DNA of 64,000 nucleotides from Entomortierella parvispora E1425 (Eukaryota; Fungi; Mortierellomycota): NCBI GenBank assembly GCA_020891255.1, contig BQFW01000007.1, positions 1,240,001 to 1,304,000 of the forward strand, read 5' to 3'. Shown piece by piece: positions 54,548 to 64,000 of this stretch (position 1 is its first letter; each line of letters starts with the position of its first letter). The notes under the pieces were generated by a model. It saw only the letters and a program-made list of their open reading frames with translations, ran no database searches and was not told where the DNA came from. The position numbers and the translations under genes were made by a program.

Positions 54548-54975
54548 AGAGAATAAAAAAAATAAGGTCAAAGCATAACTCCGAGGGAAGGCGCGACGCG
54601 TCGATGTGCAAAGGGCGACAACTGCGTTATGGGGATGACAGCAGTACAGTTGGGATCGAGAGAAGGGGCAGCGCCTCTCCTTGCTGGGCAATCCACAAGG
54701 GCAAAGTAGATCCCGACATTGCATCAACCCCCTATTTTTCGAGGCGATGGCCTCGGGACCGGCTGACAACGTGATCAGGAGGCATTCCTTCGGTCATCAC
54801 ATCTCTTTCCATCAAACTCCATTGTCGCAACCAACCTCCCATCCACACCACAAGGACATTTCAAAAGGACAAGAGCAGACATCCACGAAACAAGACTAGC
54901 AGAAGGAAAAAAAAACGCGCACGTACATTCACACGCTGCTCTTTAGTTGCAGTCATACCTGTGCATTACGAACAA

Positions 54976-55911
54976 ATGAGCTTCCTGGGATTGTAAGACA
55001 AACGCTGGCCAGCATCCGACTCTACTCTGCAAAGGCAGTCAGTGAAGACAACATGATAGAACAACTCACCTAGACATTCACATGCCATAGATCCTCCAAC
55101 AAGGCCAAGGCACCTAAAAAGTCGAGCCATGGCTCCTCCCTTCAGAAACAATACCTCCAAAAAGAATACGCGGAACAGACGCTCGGATCCGGAAACCTGC
55201 GATTGGCAGTTCATCTTCCGGAAGGCGAGGATTTGAACGAGTGGCTCGCTGTCAACAGTAAGGCATCAGCTAGCAGGTGGCCTAACGTGTCTCGTCCGAA
55301 AAAGTGGCTCACCATCGCTCTCTTTTTTTTTCATTATTGCTTTCAGCCGTTGACTTTTTTAACCAGATCAACATGCTGTACGGGACAATCACCGAGTTTT
55401 GTACTCCACAGGATTGTCCAGTCATGTCTGCGGGCCCCAAGTATGAGTATCATTGGAAAGATGACTTTCAGTTCAAGAAGCCAGCTCGTGTAAGTGCGCC
55501 CGTCTACGTCGATCACCTCATGAGCTGGGTCCAAGCTCAATTGGACAACGAAGCCATCTTTCCGAGCAAAATCGGTAAGTCATCTTGGTTATCGTCATTG
55601 TCGTACTCGTATCCTTTCACATCCTAATGCTTTAACCTGTTCAAATATTATTCTTGCATTGATAAGGCGTCGAGTTCCCTGCAAACTTCAAGACTCTAGT
55701 GACAGACATCTTTCGGCGGTTGTTTAGAGTCTACGCGCACATCTACGCAACCCACTTCTCGGTCATTGTCTCATTGGGAGAGGAGGCCCATTTGAATACC
55801 AGCTTCAAGCATTTCATCCTCTTTGTCAAGGAGTTTGATCTCATTGATCCAAAGGAGCTTGCTCCTCTCTCCGACTTGATCGAGTCGCTTATATCACAAA
55901 CCAAAAATTAG
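54976..55911 (+). CDS. MOB1: Mob1 kinase activator (4 exons)
   Basis: [28 protein letters not shown]|.[33 protein letters not shown]; [15 protein letters not shown]; [23 protein letters not shown]. Confidence 0.95.
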
Positions 55912-56101
55912 CCAATGCTTCTACCCCATACCTTGAATAAATAATAAGCCATCTTACATACACAGGCACAAGGGCTAAAAACAATCCCTATTCGGCGCGT
56001 ACCAGTGAGATTCCCGGGAGCACAACTAGCCATCCGAGCCCCTTGTCGACTGATGTACTCGTGGAAACATGTAAACCAAATCTTATACGGTCAATTGGCG
56101 C

Positions 56102-56581
56102 ATGCAGCTAGGCATTGGCAGGGACGGTACGCCAGCACCTACACTCGAGGCTTCGGTCTATGAAGAGTTCATTGCCGACGCCGCCAAGGGGCCCATCCGG
56201 ATCTTCACCATGTTCAACCCAGTGTTGTCGATTCAAGGTGTTCCCGGTCAAGTCAGCACGGATCTCAGCTGTATTAATTTCTACCCGGCGGGCACCGACT
56301 TGACCCACTGCAACATGTTCCTGCAGACTGACTCGAGCTTCCCAATGATCCGCGATTACTTCAACAAGCTCCGTAACCCTACCGGTGTCGTGTCCCCTTC
56401 GCCTACCGAGACGGCTCCTACAGTGACGGTGATGCCCAGCCCAACAGTAGCGCCTACGACCCCTACAACCCCTACGGAGCCAACGCCTGCAGTCCCAAGC
56501 CCTGCTCCAGTCACGGTCACTTCAGACCCATCGCCTCCAGTGATCACAGAAACACTTCTTATCCCCACTTCAACCCCATGA
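56102..56581 (+). CDS. Small hypothetical ORF (159 aa) with Pro/Thr-rich C-terminal linker; possibly a gene fragment
   Basis: Coding-like codon pattern; about 90 aa globular-looking part followed by PTETAPTVTVMPSPTVAPTTPTTPTEPTP. No signal peptide or known motif. Confidence 0.4.
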   Translation: MQLGIGRDGTPAPTLEASVYEEFIADAAKGPIRIFTMFNPVLSIQGVPGQVSTDLSCINFYPAGTDLTHCNMFLQTDSSFPMIRDYFNKLRNPTGVVSPSPTETAPTVTVMPSPTVAPTTPTTPTEPTPAVPSPAPVTVTSDPSPPVITETLLIPTSTP

Positions 56582-57001
56582 AAAAGAGTTGGGTCGCAGA
56601 TGCATCTCTTTAGTGAAAAAGATAAAAAAAAAAAAAAAAAAGAAAAAGAAAAAAGAAACAAACATCAAACGCAATTCATACCCTACTTCATACCCACTTG
56701 CATCCTCTAATTCCACGCCCCTTCTCTTATTATCCCAATGACGAATGTTAATAAAAACAGCCACGATGTGAAAGCACAGAGAAGAAAACGACCAGACAAG
56801 AAGCACAGAAACGCGCCCAAGTTCAATGGCTCCATTCATCCAACGACTCCAACACCAAAAATTCAGGGCCGATCTCTCACGTGACCAATTCGAGCCACCA
56901 ACCAACCAACACAAAGAAAGCCCTTCATGTAGTGCAGATCCACACATCCCCTTTTCTTCTGTTCATCACTCCTCTCATTCCCTCTCTACCTTTAGTTTCC
57001 G

Positions 57002-59605
57002 ATGGTTGCAGCATCCCTCAGCAAGTCGGACGTGTCGCAGATGGTGCGCGAGTGCGTGCCTGATGCCGACGAGGCCATCATCGATTACATTGTCGGCTAC
57101 CTCGATGAGAACTCTGCCCTGGGCGACGACGAAGATGCCATCTCGGAATTTGTTCGTCCCCTCTTGGAAGACGCTGGCGGGGATCAGGAGGCGATCGATC
57201 AACTCTGCAACCGCTTCCAGTCCCTGTTTGAATCCCAGGCCAAGGAGCGTCATACCAGCACCAGCGTGGGATCCGATGGATTGGCCAAGCTTTTGGAAAA
57301 GCCCGTGCACATGTTGAGCCAGGATTCCGTCTCGGCCACAGGCAAGATTGGAGCCCGTGCCGTGGATCTGGAGGCGCTCTCAGGAAGAAAGATTCTCTCT
57401 CAGGTCGACACCAAGAAGTTGGAGAAGGCTGAGGCAAAGATTGCGGCCAAGATGGCCAAGAGAACCGCCAGAGTCGAGTACGCAGCGAGTAAGCTGTTGG
57501 ACAAGAAGGAGGAGATTGATTACCAGGCTGTCAACCCCATTCTGGATTACACCTCCACCAAGGGCAAGCTCAAGGACGTCAAGTTGGAGAACTTTGACAT
57601 CTCGTTTGCTGGAAAGCGTATTTTGACCAATGCCAACTTGACCTTGGCCTTTGGTCGTCGTTATGGTCTGGTGGGTCGCAACGGTATCGGAAAGTCGACC
57701 CTTTTGCGCACATTGTCCAAGAGAGAGCTGAACGTCCCTACCCACATCAGTATTCTTCATGTGGAGCAGGAGGTAAGTCGAGCTTTGCTACTCTTTGAGC
57801 CTTTATGACGAGGTGCCATGCGATTTCGTTTTTTTTTGGATCGTTTACAAACATATCGCGACTATTGTTCATTTTAAAATCTGTTAGATGATCGGAAACG
57901 ATGTGGAGGCATTGCAGGCTGTCTTGTCCGCAGATGCTTGGCGTGAGCATTTGTTGGCGGAAGAAAAGAGACTCAACGCTCTCAGTGTTGAGATGGAGAA
58001 GGGTCTCCCAGAGGGAGATGAGCGGACCAAGGAGCAGTTTGAGCAGGAGCGTGAGAAGGTTCTTTCAGATCTCAAGGATGTTTACAGCAAATTGGATGCC
58101 ATCGAGTCCGATAAGGCTGAATCTCGGTAAGAAAGCCAACTATGCGACCAAGAACCTATGGAGATGTGAGCTTTTGAATGAAATTGAGAGACTAACTACA
58201 TTTTGCTTTCTTTAATAGTGCTGCTTCCATTCTTTCTGGTCTCGGTTTCACCCCTGATAGACATCGCAACCCAACAAAGAGCTTTTCCGGAGGATGGCGT
58301 ATGCGTCTCGCCTTGGCTCGCGCTTTGTTCAACAAGCCCGATTTGCTGTTGCTGGATGAGCCTACAAACATGTTGGATATTCCTGCTGTCATTTGGCTTG
58401 AGAACTACTTGAAGACTTGGCCCAATACCCTTCTCGTCGTTTCTCACGACCGAGGTACGAAACTGTTGTTATTTCAGGCTCTCCTGTGAGGAATACTTCA
58501 CGTCAAGTAGGAGACGATTTCTAACATTGTGTTTATTATCTGTATAGAATTCTTGGATGAGGTCGCCACCGATATTTTGTACCAGCACTCAGAAACTTTG
58601 GATTACTACAAGGGTAACTTTACTCAGTTCCACACCACCAAGGCTGAGCGTCATAAGGCCCAGCTTCGCGAATACCAGAACCAGGTTGAATACAGAGCGC
58701 ATTTGCAGGCTTTCATTGATCGCTGGAGATATAACGCCAACCGTGCGGCTCAAGCACAGATGAAGATTAAGATTCTGGAGAAGTTGCCCGAGCTTGAACC
58801 ACCAGAGGTTGAGAACTCGATCTTCTTCAAGTTCCCAGATCCCGAGAAGTTAGGACCACCAATTTTGCAGATGACGGACTGCACGTTCGGTTACACACCA
58901 GAGAAGACCATTCTCGAGCATATTTACTTGGACATGCAAATGGATTCACGTATTGCTGTTGTTGGACCTAACGGAGCCGGTAAGACGACAATGCTCAAGC
59001 TGTTGACAGGAAAGTTAGAGCCTCAGAAGGGTATGGTCCATCGTCACGGTCGTCTGCGCTTTGCCCTTTTCAGTCAGCATCACGTCGATCAACTGGACGT
59101 CAATGTGTCATCAGTGGAATTCATGTCCAAAAACTGGCCAGGCAAGAGCGAGGAAGAGTACCGTCGTCAGTTGGGTTCGTTCGGTATCACGGGTATGGTC
59201 GGTCTTCAGCAGATTGCTACATTATCTGGAGGACAAAAGTCAAGAGTTGCATTCGCCTGCTTGGGACTTCAAAACCCCCATTTCTTGATTCTGGATGAGG
59301 TAAGATATTTTTGAATTGCCACAGCACCTACGACTAAGTTTGCAAAGAGATACTAATGCTTCCTGAATGTGTTCCCCGCTCTTGCATAGCCTACTAATCA
59401 CTTGGATATGGATTCTATCGATGCTCTCACAAGTGCATTGAAGCAGTTCCAGGGAGGTGTCGTAATTGTTTCTCACGACGAGCGTTTCATCAAGGCAGTT
59501 TGCAACGAGCTTTGGGTTTGCGAGGGAGGCAGTCTCAAGAAGTTCCAGGGAGAGGGTATCAAGGAGTACAAGGAGTATATTCTCGAGAAGGGCCAGGGTC
59601 TGTAA
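57002..59605 (+). CDS. GCN20: ABC-F family ATPase Gcn20/ABCF3 (multi-exon)
   Basis: N-terminal D..IIDYIVGY; Walker [10 protein letters not shown] and GPNGAGKTT; signatures x[15 protein letters not shown] and [11 protein letters not shown]; LLLDEPTN; VVSHD; no TM domains. Confidence 0.93.
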
Positions 59606-61446
59606 TGGTTGTAGAGATAGACAATTTGCTTCAATACCTTATAAATTCTTTCAGCGGGCAACCAGTTTACTTTGGGAGGCGAGGTTTCTGCCCGTTCATT
59701 TTGCAAAACATTTTCCGATGCAGATCCATAGGTCGGAAAGACGGCCCCAGTTTTGGCGCCACTTTTAAAGTGTTTGCCTACGCTTTCAAGGAATATTCTG
59801 CAGTGGATTCACGCCTAATTTCCTAGTGGAGTTCCCTTGAAATTCCTAGGCGAAAGCACGCTGGGGGACTAGAGCGTGACAAAGAACAAAGAGCAGAGGA
59901 AGGGCGTAGCTATTGCCCCGCATTATGGACATTGCTGAAATGGGTCTTTTGTCATCGGCCATGGTCGGATGAGTTTGTGCAACAGTGAAAGTCGCTGATT
60001 CGATGGGAGAGAAGGGCTCATTCCGAGCCGCAAGGTGGAGTTGCCTGTCATTTTTTTTTTTTTTTTTTTTTTGTTTTGTTTTTCTTCTCGCCATTGAACA
60101 GTTTATTCCTTCTTGCTGCCCTCTGTTACTTTACCAGCAAGGCGATACACCACCGATCAGAATATGCGGACTGAATGGTAGAAAGGGAACCCGCAAAGAC
60201 AGAGGATTGCTAGAAAAGGAGCGTGAAAATTGAGAGGAAGACGGGACATGTGCTTGCACGTCCCAGTGTGGGGTTTTGACTTGGACGTCAAATCGAATCC
60301 AGGGGACGTCCAGTGCACGCCCGAACTCAACGGTTTGGGCAGAATGGATCGGATCAAACTCAAAGTCACCCACATACAACCATTCATATCGCGCGTGCGC
60401 GCACACCCAGCGGAGACCACCTGTCAGTCGCCACGCAACACCGACCAGAAACAGGGGTCGGAGATGTCAAAAAAAAAAAAGGTAGATTGGTAGATTGTCT
60501 CGAACGTCATTTTGTTCTCTGGAGGACAGAGTATCCTCGATAGCAGCCATGGCTTCTCGGTACAGAGCTGCAAAAAAAGAGATGCCAAGGACGAGCTGTT
60601 GTCAGTAATAGTGTTTTCTAGGAGTTGTGCCCCATTGTTTTCTTGTCAAGAGAAAAAAACAAAGAAAAAAACAGCGCTAAAGAACAACAGCTAGAAGGCA
60701 TCAACAAAGGGGCCAGTCCAATCCAACGACCGGTGGCATCGTGATTATCCACCATCATCCTCCACAAACAAACAAACATCGACTCGTCCACTGGGAAGAG
60801 AACAACAAAAAGTGCGGGGTAAAGGCCCAGAAATGGGCCGAAATTCAATTGAAATCTTTTTCGGTCCCCCCAAGTGGGTCTCCACCCTTTTTCTTTTCTT
60901 TTCAATCTTCACTCCTCTCAACACACCATCTTCGCATCCCATCCCATTCTCCTGCTCACTTGTTCTCCTCCTTCCTCCTCCTGCCCTCGTTCATATTCCG
61001 CCAACCGCTCTCTGCTCCTTGCCCATCTCTCCCACCGCATCAGCATCGCTCTCCACTCTGTCATTAGTCGTTGGACCTTCATGTGTTGACCTTTCTACGA
61101 CTAAAGGTGCACCATTAGAACTCATATGCCGGTCCCCCCTCCCTCCTTCTCGCACTGCCTTCCACTGCCTTCTCAGCCCCAGTCCTTGCCCCTGCATTGA
61201 GCCCACTATTTTTTTATATTTCGTCCTTGTTTGTTTACTAGCTTGCTGCTAAACACTCTCCGGACCCACTTCTTTGCCTCTTTACCCCCCTTCAAGCATC
61301 AGCTTTCGTTGAGCCCTCTGTTCCTCTGCGTCGACGCTTCGTTTTCATACCTCTTTTTTCAATCTTACCCCTCTTTCTCTCCTCCCATCGACTCTGCTGT
61401 CTTCCTGCACCCCACTTCTTGCCTTTCAAATCCAACACATCCATCC

Positions 61447-64000
61447 ATGCCAACCCGCCCAGACCCTCCCGAAGGCGATGGCAAGGCTTCTCGATCCTAC
61501 AGCTTGGCCTCGGCCCCCTTGCGCCTCCTCTCTCACTCTTTCCACTCCACAGCCAACAACCACAACGCCCCAGGTCATGGAACACATCTTTCTGAAGTCC
61601 AACCTCTGGTTAACTTTGAATCTAAGCTGTGTACTCTCGACCCAATTCCCAACAATACCACTTCAACCTCGGAACAACTGCAGCCAGAGTTTCCAAGCAA
61701 GACTGCCGAGACTACAAATCCTCTTCATCCCCCTCCGCCTTCTGTAACGACTTTGCCTCGCCCAGAGCCTCAGTCTTTATCATTAAAAAAGCAAACGTAC
61801 CAAGTACAGCAACAGCATCAACAACTGCAGCTACAGCAGTCCTTTGACAGGAAAGACGTGCACGGGTCATCGTCCACGACCACGGCATGCACCGATGACG
61901 ATGCGCACTGGGCTCTGGCACAGCCGTCCCAAAGGATTGTCCGTCAGGAAGAACATACCCCCATCAGAAAGACAAAATCAACAACAATACCATTCTCAGT
62001 ATCTTCTGCGGCCTCTGCCTCGATCATCACCGCAACATCAACCACTACGCCACCACCTGTTTCCTCGGCCCAGACGGATGTGAGCGTAGGAGTCGATGGC
62101 CTTCAATTGCTTGACCGGCTGTTGATGCCCTACGACATCCGATACTCCATCTTTGGACATTTATCACTCCATGACATTTACAACTGTCAGTTGGTAAGTA
62201 CAAAGCCGTGGATAACGAGTTTGGAACAAGGGGTGCACGGAGAGTGTCAGTTTTGCTACTTGTGAGTGTAAATTTGCGACTTGGATTGCGGGCAATTGTG
62301 TTTGCCGCCAGGGTGTACGAGCTACGGGGGATTATCGATTTGGGTAGCCGATTCAGACAGCATTCAAGCAGGGTAGGAAGCCCAGTGACATCCCTTGCCG
62401 ATCTCTACGAGTTCAACCAGGCACTAAACAGCTCCCCTCCCTCCTCGTGGGCGCACCATCCCGTTTGTCCTTTTGGGCACGAGTGCGTGTGTGTGTTGTT
62501 TACAGTGCTGTCTCCCAGGTGTCAATAACTTTGTTGCCCTGAAGAAGAAGTCAAAAAAAACGAAAAAGGCGGGGAAGCTCTCGTTGACAGTGCTCTTGGC
62601 CACTCGGTCTGGCATTGCAGTGAGGCAGGGACAGGGACAGGTACACAACGCTCACGAGCGTTGCGAGGTCATCCCATCCCCTCTCTTGGGAAGGGAGGAC
62701 GGGCGAAGTGAACTACCCCGCATTTTACCACTTTTGAACCGCCCTCGTCTGCTCATCTGTGTCACACACTGCATCGCGGCCAAACATTCACTCCATTTTC
62801 ACCCAAACTCTGTTTGCTTTTCCACGTTCGTTGTTCGTCAAAGAGTTCGCCGCGCAACATCCCCCTTTTTCGAACTGAATTGCCCGTCATTTTGCGATGG
62901 TTCACTTTTGACTTTCCCTTTGGACCGATTGAGAGCCATGGTAGTCACAGAGAGTGAGAGAGAGTGAGAGACAAGAGGGAAGGGAACGACTTGCCCATCC
63001 CATATCTTCGATTCAAATGACGCAAAGAGACCTTGACTGATCGTGATAATCTATTCTTCCTGTAATTATGGCTAGACCTGCAAGCTCCTCCTCTGGGCCA
63101 CTTCGGACCAATCCGTCTGGAAACGGATTGCGCTGAACCTGATCCAAGGCGAATTTTACTTTGACATCCCACGAACGCTACCAGCCAAAATCCCAAACTG
63201 GAAGTATTTCTGCAAGCGCCATCTCTTGCGCCAGCGCAATTGGCGTCGGGGTGAAGTCCAAGATATCATCTCTTTGGATGACAACTATCAAAAGTTGACC
63301 ACACTGCAGATCATGGCGCCTTTTGTCTTGACTGGCTGCAGTGATGGACGGGTCCACCTATGGAATATCAACACCCGGACGTTGCTGCACCGGTTCCAGA
63401 TCCGGGGCGAGATTACTTGGGTGGAACATCTGCAAGAGCAGCAGATTGTGGCCGGACTGGGCTATGATATCGATAATATGCGGTCCGAGATCCGATTATT
63501 CTCTACAGAAACCGGAGAGGAGTTGGGTGTGTATGAGGAAGAGTTTTGGGATTTGGCCATCTGCGCCATCAATGGCGACTTCTTGGTTGCTTCTGATGGT
63601 GAAGGTAGATACACGGCCTGGAATTGGCGGACAGGTGCTAAGGTCAGCCAATTCAAAGTGCCTGATGAGGTAAGGCTAATTTGTATCTAGATCTTCAAGG
63701 CGACCAATTATCCATATGCCTTTGTGAACATTTGCTAATGGTCCAATGGTCCAACTCTTTTTTTCCTGCTTGTAGACGTCCATCACCGAGGCCCTCTACC
63801 TAGTCCAGAACACGATCCTCGAGTTGCATTACGACGGTATGATTCGACTGTTCTCCATCACAGGCGAGTGCTATGGTCGTTTTACGCTTGACAAGATCCT
63901 GCCCAACAACCAAGTCTCGTTCTGTTGGCTCCACAACGACTTTTCGATGGTCGTTTGGGAATCCAGCAATACCATGGCCCACCTTCGATTGCCGCTACTT
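61447..64000 (+). CDS. F-box/WD40-repeat protein (runs off the window end)
   Basis: Disordered N-terminus; F-box LLMPYDIRYSIFGHLSLHDIYNCQLV; PNWKYFCKRHLLRQRNWRRG; WD-like VLTGCSDGRVHLWNI and LVASDGEGRYTAWNWRTG. Middle exon structure uncertain. Confidence 0.8.

Noticed and set aside
55609-55640. U12-type donor-like GTATCCTTT and a TTTAAC branch-like site inside a MOB1 intron
   Set aside because: The canonical GTAAGT donor at 55575 gives the correct Mob1 frame; using the U12-like site would shift frame, and branch spacing is atypical for U12.
59700-59880. Hairpins downstream of GCN20 (TTTCCGA/TCGGAAA, CGCCTA/TAGGCG, CACGCT/AGCGTG)
   Set aside because: Only 6-7 bp stems with no coherent architecture; no SECIS or ribozyme core motifs.

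Overview
Eukaryotic fungal nuclear DNA with short GT-AG introns and long A/T homopolymers. The expanded intronless F-box/LRR and DUF4238 families suggest an early-diverging fungus, most likely Mortierellaceae (inference). The backbone is intron-rich housekeeping genes: a Mid2/Wsc-like membrane protein, KRR1, IRE1, OS-9/YOS9, an MFS transporter, DHH1, RRP42, an SCCPDH-like gene, a CHERP-like gene, a polyQ bHLH factor, a SET-domain methyltransferase, METTL5, MOB1, GCN20 and a partial F-box/WD40 gene. Accessory blocks interrupt it. (1) An intronless island at 10.2-15.7 kb, between IRE1 and OS-9, holds two tandem DUF4238 genes and an Mx-like dynamin; both families have bacterial anti-phage homologues, so this is a candidate fungal innate-immunity locus. 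(2) A four-copy F-box/LRR cluster at 39.8-46.1 kb is in different stages of decay. (3) Two RTA1-like genes lie in tandem. An intergenic element of about 370 nt (20153-20522) has an unusually dense set of complementary helices, including a pseudoknot, and matches no RNA family I can recognise. No rRNA, tRNA, CRISPR array or transposase was seen. Gene ends and splice sites were read by eye and may be off by a few bases.
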